A stretch of DNA of 63,885 bases, filler included, from Octopus bimaculoides (taxonomy: Eukaryota): the NCBI RefSeq assembly GCF_001194135.2. It is 7 parts of 5 records of this genome, joined end to end, with 100 filler letters (N's around TTAATTAATTAA, not from the genome) between each part and the next. Parts side by side here need not be neighbours in the genome. Positions count along the whole stretch, not along the records: positions 12,297 to 31,352 come from NC_068984.1; 6 more parts are not named here. One strand, written 5' to 3'. Shown here piece by piece: positions 12,441-24,874 of the stretch (positions are counted from its first letter, which is position 1; each line of letters opens with the position of its first letter). A program made the position numbers and the translations under genes. The notes beneath the pieces were generated by a model. That model searched no databases. It was not told the origin of the DNA and saw only the letters and a list, made by a program, of their open reading frames with translations.

Positions 12441-14344
12441 TTATACTTCAGCAAATTATTATTATTTTTTTAGTTATATTGTATCTCGGTTTCTTGTTTT
12501 CGCAAGAAGGCAATAAAAACTTTGGATAAGAGTGAAATATGTGATACTCACTTATGGAATGATCCAGCAGTGTCAAGAAAAATCTATGAAGAAACCACAA
12601 AAATGTAGACTGTTACGTATAAAAGAAAAATTTCTTAATGTTAAATAGAACTTGGAATCGTCATTTGAAACAAAATAACCTCCTTCTACATTTTTTACCC
12701 GTGTTTCATTCTATCTGATTTCTTTTTCGGGATTCCTCCTCATCTCTTAGTTTCCGTTTCTCTTCTTAGTCTCTCTTTCTCTCTCTCTCTCCTTAGTTTC
12801 TCCCCTATCTTCATACATAAGCAAGCACAAATAAACATACATCGTTGAGTGGAGAAGATTGTCAATTTTAATTCCCATTCGCAACGTCTTCCTTTTTTTG
12901 ATCCATCAAAGTGTCTTTTTGCCATAAAATTCCTTAATAAAATTCCTTCAAATAAAAATGAAGAGAATTAACAGAAACAACAAAAATAACCAAATATCTC
13001 TCGAGTCACATCCATCGTCTTAAAAAAACGAACAAATTAAAAAATATAACCAGGGGTACACAAAAGCCTGGACATAGATAGAATGGCTGTTGCTAGAATG
13101 TCTAATCATAGGTTTGTTGGATCAGGGCTGAACAACAACAAAAATGATTCCTTATGTTTATATAAAGCCTCAGGTGTGTGTGAGAGACAACTCAGTTGCG
13201 GTCGCATTTATTAGAAGACGAGAGAAAATTTTGCGAGGCCCTTCAGATTTGCGCCTTAGAAAAGGGAGTGATTCCTCCTGTCGCTCCTACCTCCTGCCAC
13301 ATCGTGGGCCAGTCCTGGTTGGATTTTTAATGGTGGTAGCCCATCTTCCGATCGAAACAAGAAAATAAGTTTCCATTGGCTTTCCCCATTGATGAATGTA
13401 GCATCGATTATAAATAAATATGCATACGCCTCATATTTGTAATGTATTAGTCTCGCTGTAAAATTAGACCCACGATGGTCTTTTCGACAGTTTGAAGAGA
13501 GAGAGAGAGAGATGTAGATAGAAAGAGAGACAAACATAATGGTTTCTGGAATGAACAGATATTTAGTTTTTGTTTAAGTGACCAAAATGTGACCCGACCC
13601 ACTGTGCTAGTTTCTAATTGGCTTAAAATAACGCATGTGACAACACCGAAACGAAACTATCAACTATGTAAGATCATTACAAACTGTCTTCTTTCGCATC
13701 TTTCTCTACCTCTACGGTCCAAGCTGAATAACCTTAACGACATGAAAAGGCTTTGGACACTTTCGCTCTTTAGCAGACAAAATACCAAATAATAATTGAA
13801 ATTTATGTGTCGCTTCGTAGCTGAAGTATAGTATATTAGTTTATTTACATTTTAAAAGGATCATTAGAGCTTTTCTAGTTACTTACCTCAAAAGCATTAT
13901 CATTGAAAACTGAAATAAAAGTAGATCAAAATCACATTAGACAGAATACGAATTTTTCAAGATATTTCTAACATAAAAATATTGTAAAGAAAAGAGGAAA
14001 TCCAGAAAAATTTTCAGTTAATTTCTAATAGAATGTAATTGATTAAGATTTTGATTTCTCTCGTAGGCACAAGAGAATTAGTGGATAATTCTAAGGTGTA
14101 ATTTTTGTAGTAGTGACCAGAAAGCAACCTTTGATAGAAAATTAAGGCACTTTTTTTTCTCTCTACTATGACCAAATGTCTGCTCTCTTTTCATCCAGCG
14201 AAATTCGCAAAGATGTCGACTTGCAGGGTGAAAAGAATCTTCCATATGTCTATGACAACACAATAATGCTGGCTGTCAGAAAATGTTTTAATGAAAACAC
14301 GATAATTGCGGATAGACTTCATTATGCTCAATATATAACCAGAC

Positions 14345-14432
14345 CAGCGTTTTTCAAACTTTTTTGTCGCGACCCATTTTATTTATCTCGCGACCCACTG
14401 AAGAGTCGGGACTCACAGTTTGAAAAACGCTG
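14345..14432. mobile_element. hAT (Charlie-type) MITE, 88 bp
   Basis: Perfect 16-bp TIR CAGCGTTTTTCAAACT; 8-bp TSD AACCAGAC/TACTAGAC fits the CTAG-centred hAT-Charlie target. Confidence 0.85.
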
Positions 14433-14634
14433 TACTAGACTACCTGAAAACTAATTTCTTTGTCATAATTATTATGGTAACTAACATTGGTTTTTAGAAT
14501 CGTGGACCAGAATGTTTTTGATCAAAAACGGTCAGGGTTATTGTTGGAGACTGAGATAAAGTTGAACATCCACGGGGCATCCAAATGAATGACGGCACGT
14601 TTTCCGATTGATTTGCGCAATGCTTTCATAACTT

Positions 14635-14835
14635 TTTTGATTATAAGACAAGATGATGATGATAATGATGAAGATGAGAAGAAGGAGAAACAGAAGAAGA
14701 AATATAAAAAAGAACAAGAAAAAGGAGAAGAAGAAACAGAAGAAGAAGAAACGGAAGAAGATAATTATGTGAATGGTGATGATGATGGTAGTAATAATGA
14801 GGATGATGATGATGATGAGGAGGAGGAGGGTACAG
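14635..14835. repeat. Degenerate (GAT/GAA/GAG)n trinucleotide low-complexity tract
   Basis: Purine-rich triplet runs; they produce the acidic ORF 14589-14897. Confidence 0.85.
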
Positions 14836-15026
14836 TGGACGAATTTTGGTGGGTTGGTACACAATTTCCTCGTTCTGAGAAGTTAGAACTGTTGTAGTAG
14901 CAGTAAGAAAGGACAAAGATTGGACATAGCAGGTCAGCCGGGAAGTAGTTGCTGTTATGTTGGCGAGTGAGGATTTGCTAATCAATCAGTTTTTCTTGTT
15001 GGGGTGGGAGGTGAGGGAGGTGGGTG

Positions 15027-15077
<51 letters not shown>

Positions 15078-15616
15078 ATTGGCTCCTCCACGTAAGAAGA
15101 AATAAGAGTAGGAGGCCATTGACATTCCGGCAAGATTCTTTCTCAAAACTATCAGTCTCCTGAATACTCATCAATTATCCTGTCAAATCACTCGACCCTA
15201 CTTTTATTTGTCTGTACTTAATTTCACACAGAGCTAATAAAGGGGACAGTTATTGCAGTTCTTTATCTCGAAATAGTTTGGCTACATTTTTTTAGTCAAG
15301 CAAAAGAGAGAGAGAGAGAGAAAAAGGGAGAGAGACAGAGAGTAGAAATAAGAAAACGAATGTAGAGGTTGTGTAAACAATACTTAGCACTTCATTCGGC
15401 AACATTGAATTGTAGAGTGATAAATATCTCCACAGGTTTTCTAATCTATCACAACCGACATTCCTAGCAAATGTGAAAGCAATTGCGGAGAGGTACGATG
15501 AAACGACTTTTTAAAAATTTTATTTTATTACCGTTGGCGACCAACTGCAAAGTTAGTTTCAGGTTTCCGGCTGACCAATCACTGGTTAGATGCTTCTCTA
15601 ACGGAACGGAGAGAGA

Positions 15617-15653
<37 letters not shown>

Positions 15654-16948
15654 GTGGGTGTTTGATAGTCTAACCCTGGCGAAACCACAAATTCTTCGGT
15701 TTTTATATTTTTGCCAATATATTTCGGCGAAGAATTTATTAGATTTCCATTGATTACATTCTCCTCATAAGCCATTGTGGAGGACACTTGTCCGCGGTGT
15801 CACGTTGTTGAACAGAACCTGGTGCCACATAACTGTGAAATGAATTTCTTAGTCGCGTAAGCCATATCTACAATTAATATAAATTCCCAAGCTGGGGTCC
15901 ATTACCTTATCCACTCGTTTATTTCACTTCTATGTTTTTTTTTGTTTTTTTTTTAACTAGCAGGGAAATAACCTATGACCCTTTACAGGGCTTTCGAAAC
16001 ACACGGTGGTTGGAAGGAGGAAGGTATCCTAAAACTGGAGATCTGGCCCAAATGCTTACAAGAGAGTGCATTCCACTAAAAGTACCCAAGGACAAGGAGG
16101 TTGTGGTGGTTCTTAAATGGGCAACGGGGTAANNNNNNNNNNNNNNNNNNNNNNNNNNNNNNNNNNNNNNNNNNNNNNNNNNNNNNNNNNNNNNNNNNNN
16201 NNNNNNNNNNNNNNNNNNNNNNNNNNNNNNNNNNNNNNNNNNNNNNNNNNNNNNNNNNNNNNNNNNNNNNNNNNNNNNNNNNNNNNNNNNNNNNNNNNNN
16301 NNNNNNNNNNNNNNNNNNNNNNNNNNNNNNNNNNNNNNNNNNNNNNNNNNNNNNNNNNNNNNNNNNNNNNNNNNNNNNNNNNNNNNNNNNNNNNNNNNNN
16401 NNNNNNNNNNNNNNNNNNNNNNNNNNNNNNNNNNNNNNNNNNNNNNNNNNNNNNNNNNNNNNNNNNNNNNNNNNNNNNNNNNNNNNNNNNNNNNNNNNNN
16501 NNNNNNNNNNNNNNNNNNNNNNNNNNNNNNNNNNNNNNNNNNNNNNNNNNNNNNNNNNNNNNNNNNNNNNNNNNNNNNNNNNNNNNNNNNNNNNNNNNNN
16601 NNNNNNNNNNNNNNNNNNNNNNNNNNNNNNNNNNNNNNNNNNNNNNNNNNNNNNNNNNNNNNNNNNNNNNNNNNNNNNNNNNNNNNNNNNNNNNNNNNNN
16701 NNNNNNNNNNNNNNNNNNNNNNNNNNNNNNNNNNNNNNNNNNNNNNNNNNNNNNNNNNNNNNNNNNNNNNNNNNNNNNNNNNNNNNNNNNNNNNNNNNNN
16801 NNNNNNNNNNNNNNNNNNNNNNNNNNNNNNNNNNNNNNNNNNNNNNNNNNNNNNNNNNNNNNNNNNNNNNNNNNNNNNNNNNNNNNNNNNNNNNNNNNNN
16901 NNNNNNNNNNNNNNNNNNNNNNNNNNNNNNNNNNNNNNNNNNNNNNNN

Positions 16949-16989
<41 letters not shown>

Positions 16990-17999
16990 GTATGTATGTA
17001 TATATATATATGTGTGTGCGTGTACTTATATATATATATACATATATATATGTATGTATGTATATATAATATATATAATCGTAAATACATAATCAAAAAC
17101 CTGTGCCAAACAAATACGCATAAACACGTACACTTGCGTACACACACACACACACACACACGCACACAAGCACACACACGCGCGCGCGCGCGCACGCACA
17201 CACACACATATACACAGTTACTTGCACACATAGTTATACTAGCCAAAATGTTAGGTAATGTTCGACTTCTGTCACCAGCGTTGCTTTGTGTCTATCGTAA
17301 AGACATTTACTTTTGTTCATTCCAATTTAGTGGAGAGAGGCACTATGGCGGAGAATAGTTTATTTATTGTATAAGTAGAAACGGCAGATTCTTCTTTTAT
17401 TAACTTACAGTGTTCATCTTAAATGGAACGATGGCGGGGTCAGAGTTCTGAAGGTTGATGTATAATTTAGAGATCAGATAACCGAGTAGGAAAAGTGCCG
17501 CATCAACATCTTTTAAGGCAAGAGTTCTTATTTCACAAGACTCTTAATTCTATTTGCTTCAATATGTCTACTGGGAAATGGGTAACATCCTGTTTTGGAA
17601 AAGTGACTTGCAATACTTCAGTGTCCTATTAGTGGAAATACTGGTTTAACTCAAGGCTTACTGAAACCGGAGTCCAACACTCTATGAATACGCCCGGCCT
17701 GGAAAAAGATCTACATTATAAACATTGTCATATTGTGGTTTTCAGTTCAAATACCATCTACGTCAACTTAGCTTTTCATCCTTTCGTGGTCGTCAAAATA
17801 AAATATTGGTCAAGTATTGGGATCGACACATATACCAATCAAACTGAAGTTAGGACATAACCTTTGTAGAAATATTAACATGTATATGCATACATTTTAC
17901 ACACAAAGTATACATTTATATACATATATTCCAATCAAATCGAAGTTGTATAGTTATGGATATAATTGCATTGATCTGGTGGCATTTTTCACACATAGG

Positions 18000-18790
18000 A
18001 TAAAAAGTTAAAGGTAAAGTTACTTTCTGGAGTCATACCTGTTCATAAGGGCCAGTTTCCTGATTTTATAACATATATATTCCCCACCTGAACGGGACGC
18101 GAAATTCTTTTCCCACGAGAGTTCCGGACCCTAGTAATGAACACATTTGCATACAGCCAATCAGAGCTCACCTTGACCTTGTTGTCAAGTTAACAAAGGT
18201 TGGAATTCAAGAACGGTGTTGTAAGTCGACCGATCACCAAGTTATGCCTGATTTTAGAAGGAGACAAGTAATTAGATAGATTTGCATCTATACCTATTAT
18301 TGGATTTTGTTAGGGCCCCATATGGTAAAGATGTGGATGGGGAAAATGTGGGTAGAGGGTGATGCGCTAGCAACCCTCTCCCCTTACTGTTTTACAAAGT
18401 AAACAACAACACAAATAACTACGCAGAGGCAGCCATGGTTGAAACAAGAACAAGAACAAACATTCTTAAAAGAGAAAAGAAGCATGGCCATTCCTTAACC
18501 AAGTGACCTTATCTTATCGCCCATCACTTGCTATGCGCTCATAAATTAGTTTGATAGTTGAGCTCTGATTGGCTGTATGCAAATGAGTTCATACCTGGGG
18601 TCTGGAACTCTCGTGGGAAAAACATTTCGCGGCGAGACACCGGTCTGTTTCAGGATTAATCATTTTTGCCTGCTGAGTGGATTGGAGTAATCCAAGACAT
18701 GAAGTGTTTGGCTCAAGAACACAACGCGTCGCCCGGTCCAGGAATCGAAACCACAATCTTATGATTATGAGTCCAACACCCTAACCACGT
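18000..18790 (-). mobile_element. CORE-type tRNA SINE-D interrupted by a MITE
   Basis: Reverse complement reads GTGGTTAGGGTGTTGGACTC...GTTTCGATTCCTGGACCGGGCGACGCGTTGTGTTCTTGAGCCAAACACTTCA (tRNA head plus CORE-like domain) and resumes at 18097 with GTCCCGTTCAGGTGGGGAA...TAACTTTACCTTTAAC. Confidence 0.75.
18098..18631. mobile_element. ~530-bp MITE with ~73-bp TIRs
   Basis: 18098-18170 is about 90% identical to the reverse complement of 18559-18631; it splits SINE-D cleanly. Confidence 0.85.
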
Positions 18791-19273
18791 ACTTCCATCA
18801 CACATAGAATACATCTAGACAGTTCACTCAAATTTGAATATATGATACTTCTGTTATAGCTAGAAAAAAAATGTTGTATAATAGAACATACCAACAAACT
18901 TTTCTGACCATGGTACTTGGTTCCAAGCAAATTCATCTATCAGGCCATCAATTTCAATGGTTTCTTTGTTGAGATGCTGGACCACATAAGTATGAGGTAA
19001 AGGTACATCACAGGTCTCTGCTGCACATGCTTCAATTATGTTCTTTTCTAAAAAGCTTAAACAAAAATTAAGTTATCGTTCATATTTTCATGAACTGATA
19101 TCAACTGTAGCAAATATATAAAAAATAAACTCTCAATAGAGACGTAAAAGCGTTTCATTAAATATGAATAAATTTGAACTCGGGACCAAGACCGTCTGTT
19201 TTAGAAGGGAGAAAAACAAATGTCACGTTCATAATTTTCAAAAGCATTTTTAAGGTAAGATAAAATGAAACAG

Positions 19274-19656
19274 TGGAGGCGCAATGGCCCAGTGGTTAGG
19301 GCAGCGGACTCGCGGTCATAGGATCGTGGTTTCGATTCCCAGACTGGGCGTTGTGAGTGTTTATTGAGCGAAAACACCTAAAGCTCCACGAGGCTCTGGC
19401 AGGGGATGGTGGCGAACCCTGATGTACTCTTTCACCACAACTTTCTATCACTCTTACTTCCTGTTTCTCTTGTGCCTGTAATTCAAAGGGTCAGCCTTGT
19501 CACACTTTGTCACGCTGAATATCCCCGAGGACTACATTAAGGGTACACGTGTCTGTGGAGTGCTCAGCCACTTGCACGTTAATTTCACGAGCAGGCTGTT
19601 TCGTTGATCGGATCAACTGGAACCTTCGACGTCGTAAGCGACGGAGTAACAACAAC
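19274..19656 (+). mobile_element. Full-length tRNA-derived SINE-C with TSD (candidate member of the octopus OK/OR1/OR2 families)
   Basis: Head TGGAGGCGCAATGGCCCAGTGGTTAGGGCAGCGGACTCGCGGTC..GGTTTCGATTCCC has A/B boxes; (AAC)n tail; TSD AAAATGAAAC at 19262-19271 and 19657-19666. The family name is not verified. Confidence 0.9.
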
Positions 19657-19870
19657 AAAATGAAACGGCTTCAACTAATATCAGGAACTATGTTACTGTC
19701 TCATCCTTAGGTTTTTTTAATACTCCACGCACCACCACAACATCTATATATTTAAATTTTTTCATAATATTGATCATTCCTAAATCTGACATGCAGAGCC
19801 TGTTTTCATAGCTGTTGTCAACCTCAGCTCAATTTTGATCGAGCAGACTAACAGAAATAGCGTTTCGGCT

Positions 19871-19991
19871 CAGTGGCGTAGCGAGGTATGCGCGGGCCGC
19901 ACAAGGCAGTTACTTCATATACATGTTTTCTATAGACTAAAGTATGTTATGTTCAAGGATGGAGGTTGACAAAACTTACGCTACCCCACTG
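19871..19991. mobile_element. hAT MITE inserted in a family-R repeat
   Basis: TIR CAGTGGCGTAGCG versus CGCTACCCCACTG; 8-bp TSD TTTCGGCT/TTTCAGCT. Confidence 0.8.
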
Positions 19992-20222
19992 TTTCAGCTG
20001 TAACCAACCTTTGGTTTCACACGCTGTATCTGTACTACATTATGCAATGTGTCCTTTTTTAAAAGGACGGTAAGGCATAGTCTGGTTAGATTTTCTATGC
20101 TGATTCTGGCAAGTCAAGTTCATCGTTGGCTACGCTCCATCAGTATTTCATAGAAACAAAGTAGCTGAATATTACTTGGCCGACCTTGTTGTTCATGGAT
20201 CGTGAGTTAAATTTTCTTGCAG

Positions 20223-20291
20223 ACATTCTACTGAGTTTCTCGATGCTGGCACACAGATTTATGTTTTTCAGTTCTCCACCAGAAGTCGAAA
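20223..20291 (+). CDS. Candidate exon P1 (69 nt, phase 2/2: HSTEFLDAGTQIYVFQFSTRSR)
   Basis: Acceptor TTTTCTTGCAG and donor AAA|GTAAGT; no recognisable homology. Confidence 0.25.
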
Positions 20292-20395
20292 GTAAGTTGT
20301 AGATTTTCTAGATTGGCAGATCATCTGATCATAGATGCAGCTGAGCACAAAAAAAAAAAGCTATCGACTGAGCTTATCATGCTAAAGAATACTGC

Positions 20396-20481
<86 letters not shown>

Positions 20482-20507
20482 GTGCATATGTGTGTGTGTG
20501 TGCGTGC

Positions 20508-20547
<40 letters not shown>

Positions 20548-21234
20548 AAATAAGCAACAAGGATATCCAGAGGTAATGCAGAACGATCGTTTCACGCAAC
20601 TCCATTTAACTGAACAATGCAATCATTACATCAATTTAAATGCAGTGCAATCTTCAGCTGCACAAAGACATAGAATTTAATTAAATCAAAACAGATGGAG
20701 ACATTAGTATAATTTTACCTAAAATCTCCAAGAAGTTAAGGAGATAGACAAAGAACATGCTGCCTTCCCTTCAGCTTAGAAGCTACTAAAGTATCAGGAA
20801 GAAAGACTTGTTACAGATTTTTGCAAATTGTTTTACGACGCTACTCACTGTGTAATTGAACTTTTACATTATTTAAGAAACGCGTGTATCAACATGGAGT
20901 GATTATATCAAAGTCTAATTTTGCGGCCAAGAGATAAGATATTTATTTCTTTCTTTCTCTCCGAAGGAGGACAAATGTCCGAAAAGTTAGCCTCTTCTTC
21001 ACGATTTAAAATTTAATTCTTTTATGAACCAATTATGCTAAACAAAGTCAATGATGGAGCAACACCTCGGAGGCTACTCTACCTGTTAGAAACAGGAGTC
21101 AAACGTTTTGTTGTTCTGGCGATTCAGATGCGCACCTGCTACCACTCTGTTCGATCAGAGCTGACCGGAGGCCGTACTACAACAACGTAACAGAATGATT
21201 ATGGAGATTGATTTGAAGTAGTAACAACACTTAC

Positions 21235-21317
21235 CTTTGCACCTCTGGTAAATAGCTTCCGTAACCAACATCACAGGCCTGTTGATCCTTGGCCAGTAGC
21301 AAAGGATCCGTAGTTAT
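21235..21317 (-). CDS. Candidate exon D (83 nt)
   Basis: Acceptor TTATTTCCTCCAG and donor AAG|GTAAGT in unique sequence. Reads ITTDPLLLAKDQQACDVGYGSYLPEVQ, or NYGSFATGQGSTGL* in phase 1. Confidence 0.3.
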
Positions 21318-21604
21318 CTGGAGGAAATAACCGATAATCACTCCAAGTCCAAGACAAAGTGTGGATACAACAAGTGTTAACACTGAGTAGAGACGGTAGG
21401 AACTCTTCATAGTTCGTTATTAGAAATAAACCTCTCTGAGTGTGTGAGTGTGCCTACATATATATACTCCGTCCTCTGTATTATTCTTATAGGCTTAGAA
21501 ACACAGCAATTGATTGGACACTGTCTTAGATAAATCTGGCGAAAAGGTTTGTCATATATGTAGCCTTAACGATGTGCCAAATTCTTGTATTACACACACA
21601 CACA

Positions 21605-21670
<66 letters not shown>

Positions 21671-21972
21671 NNNNNNNNNNNNNNNNNNNNNNNNNNNNNN
21701 NNNNNNNNNNNNNNNNNNNNNNNNNNNNNNNNNNNNNNNNNNNNNNNNNNNNNNNNNNNNNNNNNNNNNNNNNNNNNNNNNNNNNNNNNNNNNNNNNNNN
21801 NNNNNNNNNNNNNNNNNNNNNNNNNNNNNNNNNNNNNNNNNNNNNNNNNNNNNNNNNNATATATGTGTCTGTGAATTCATATATACACACAATAAACACA
21901 TACGTATATATATATGGATTGGCTGTATGTTCATATGTGTGTGTTTGTGTATGTGTTCTTGTGTGTGTGTTC

Positions 21973-22010
<38 letters not shown>

Positions 22011-22169
22011 GTGCGTGTGTGTGTGTGTGTCTGTGCGTGTGCAGAAATAGTGAGTTTGTGTTATTTAAGCACGTATGTTGAGCTTCATTCGATAAGTGCA
22101 ACAGTCTGCGTTAGGTAATAAAATATATAAAAATTAGTGGTTTACCTAATAAATGATGTTGTTTTTGTT

Positions 22170-22223
22170 GTTATTATTGTAGAAGTAGTAGCAGTAGTAG
22201 TAGTAGTAGAAGTAGCAGCAGCT

Positions 22224-22274
<51 letters not shown>

Positions 22275-22275
22275 A
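22170..22275. repeat. (GTA)n microsatellite
   Basis: Direct reading of the sequence. Confidence 0.95.
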
Positions 22276-22821
22276 GGGCTGTTGTTATTGTTTAACCCTA
22301 GTTAAGTCCTGATCCCCCAATCCTACGATCAGAGAAGTTCCAGTCATCGTCACTCCGACTTTTATTCCGACACTATCTGTCTGTCTGTCTGTCTAATCGA
22401 GCAGTAATATTTTATTTAGTTGCTAGTTATTGCCGGTCAGAAAGTTACCATTGGTTTCACGCCTATTATGTTCTTATCAATATAGGCGACTCGTCAGATA
22501 TGCTGACTGAAAGCAAATAACCTCTTTGCTAATAGAGGTAAGAATACAGTTTTGGTCAACCAGGGTTGTGAAATAAAAATAATCTGAATCGAAATTGTTC
22601 GAAGCGAAAACCCCTACTGGGCGAGATAGAGTTATTTCCCTTTGACCGGTTCGAGTTGTGTCCGAAAAGGCTCAGTTTATGTACGATTTCCGTTCAGTTG
22701 TCAGCAAGCGGGAAATTCCACGTTTCAAAAGGAATTTTCTCTCGTGAGGGCACCGACTAAATATTTCACTTTTAGCATTTGAAAAGCAAATGTTTTGGAA
22801 TTTGTCAAGCAAATATTTTAG

Positions 22822-22872
22822 GATCCTTGCCCCCTCTGTGAAGCAAAGTTTGCATCGTCTGCTTCCGTTGAG
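22822..22872 (+). CDS. Candidate exon P2 (51 nt, phase 2/2: ILAPSVKQSLHRLLPL)
   Basis: Acceptor ATATTTTAG and donor GAG|GTATGG; phase-compatible with P1 and P3. Confidence 0.22.
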
Positions 22873-23059
22873 GTATGGTCCAGGCTGTTCCAGGAACTTC
22901 CATTTAATCCCGAGTGGAATCCCTTCTTTTAAACGCTATATGTAGTTGGCCAATGACGTAACGTTGCGCCTCACTGGGACACTAAAAGAAGATCTGTGGT
23001 TGTTTAGTTGCCGCTTAAAGGGGATTTCCGTTGTTTCAACATATTTCTGTGTATGTATC

Positions 23060-23250
23060 CTTACGTTATTGCTAGTGCTGCTACTGTTGTTGCTGCAGCT
23101 ATCGCTGACGTTGCTGCTGTTACTGCCGGACACATTGATGATGTCGCTGTTGTTGTGTTCGCTGCTGTCCCTGCCGTTACTGCTGGATGCATTTTTGGTG
23201 CTGCTGTTGCTACTGCTGCTGCTATCGCTGCTGTTATTGCTGTTACTGGC
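23060..23250. repeat. Degenerate (GCT/GTT)n tract
   Basis: Explains the Leu-, Ala- and Ser-rich ORFs at 22936-23326. Confidence 0.85.
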
Positions 23251-23324
23251 GGACAACACTGTTATCAGTAGAACATTTCTGGTTGATTGTTTCAGCAATA
23301 GAAATATAAAATCATCAGACGCAT

Positions 23325-23935
23325 AAAATCAACAGACGTCAGAGAATATTGAGGCTGCTAAGCTGGTTGTAAAGAACAGCTACTGTCTCTCTGCTTCTAA
23401 GCTTTGCGCTGCACTAGGTATTTCCGATCGCAGTGTACGAAGGATATTGTTCCTCGATTTAAACATTCATCTCTATAAGGATATAAAATGCAAGGAGGAA
23501 ATCGATAACAGGAAAACATTTACAGAAAATGTCCTCACTGAATGGACAGATGACAAGGTTCTTAACATGAGCGGCGAATATTTCCAAGTTTCTGGTTGTA
23601 TAAATAAACAATATTGGTCGGACAGCAACCCACGGCGACTTCATTCTGAAAGTGCCACAGTGTGGTGGTGCATAGCAGATATTGGCGTTTTACGATCACA
23701 TTTCTTTGAAGAATATCACCAGGCGGCAACAGCAAATTCTGATTGCGCCATATTAACTTCCTTTCTCCAAATGTGATAATTAATATAAGATGGAGCGACC
23801 ACTTTCACAGTCAGAACTTCCGATAAATATCATGAAAAATGTTTACTAACCATGTTTCGAAGCATGATATCATGGACTTCACAATCGCCTATTTATTTGG
23901 TTTGCAATTATTTCTTTTGGGACAACCTCAAAGTA
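23325..23935 (+). mobile_element. Degenerate Tc1/mariner transposase of the DD37D/DD41D (maT/rosa-like) type
   Basis: ENIEAAKLVVKNS..SASKLCAALGISDRSVRRILFLDLNIHLYK; SGEYFQVSGCINKQYWSDSNP..HSESATVWWCIADIGVLRSHFFE..TANS; DGATTFT; SWTSQSPIYLVCNYFFWDNLK. These are degenerate versions of SDEAHF..G.VNKQ, QDGAT.HT and WP.RSPDL..CDFFLWG.LK. Confidence 0.8.
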
Positions 23936-24139
23936 GTTCGGCGGCCATCAGTTCCACTTTGAATTTTTTTTCTTTTTGAGCCCTTACACTATCAGACTGC
24001 CATATCAGGTTACAATAGATACATTATGCACACACATATACGTATGTACACACATATACGTATGTACACACACACACACGTGAAGTAAATGTAGCTACGT
24101 TGATTATAAGTATCAACAGTACGGTTAAGGGAAATCACT

Positions 24140-24874
24140 CCAGGGGAGCATTTTGCGTGTGACATGCAAATACAGTTGGTTTTGAGGGCCGGATTGAAGC
24201 ATAAATTAGATCTTATGGGCCGGATGGGGACATTATTGCTGATAAACTTATTTATCATGTAGGCCATAGTAAATTAGTGAAGGGATCAATATACATTATA
24301 ACAACTTTACTAATGATGAAGAAAAGAAAGAATGAGGTCTTCGAAAAGTTTGCATGCAGAGATTATGGGAGAAACTCATCAACATGGTTTATAGACAATT
24401 CTATTAAGTGAAAATCCTTACAGCGAGAACGGAGATAAAATCTGTTCAAATGAATGCATACATTTCTTGAGAAAACTAATACCTAATAATAAGTTCGCAC
24501 TGTTCATATTAACAGAATTTAGTGGGACGAACACGTGTAAATTTGAAGAAAAATCTTGCTCAGCTTAGCGTGTACAGACAAAGTGAAGGGGAAACAGGTC
24601 ACTCCCTTTAATACATGGATTTATAAGCTTTTCTTTCATTGATTAAGGAGAGATTCTCTAAGATATGCTGATTTGACTGATCGGAATCGGTGTTAATCAC
24701 GACGGCTGTTGGTGTTTGACTTTGAACGCATGTTAGGAATATATATTCTATAAAATATTTGAAAATTAAATAATAATAATAATAATTTTTTTAAATATAT
24801 AATTGAGCCGAAAGCCAGATTAAATATTGTTTTGGAGCTGATCTAATCCGCGGGCCGTATATTTGACACTCTTG
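24140..24874. mobile_element. Old hAT-Charlie remnant
   Basis: Internal GAGGGCCGGATT..GGGCCGGAT and a right end CCGCGGGCCGTATATTTGACACTCTTG; the left end is poorly defined. Confidence 0.5.

Noticed and set aside
14589-14897. Acidic 102-aa ORF
   Set aside because: Degenerate GAT/GAA triplet tract with no splice or homology support.
19274-19350. tRNA genes at SINE heads
   Set aside because: The tRNA-like heads continue into SINE bodies with tails and TSDs; no standalone cloverleaf was found.
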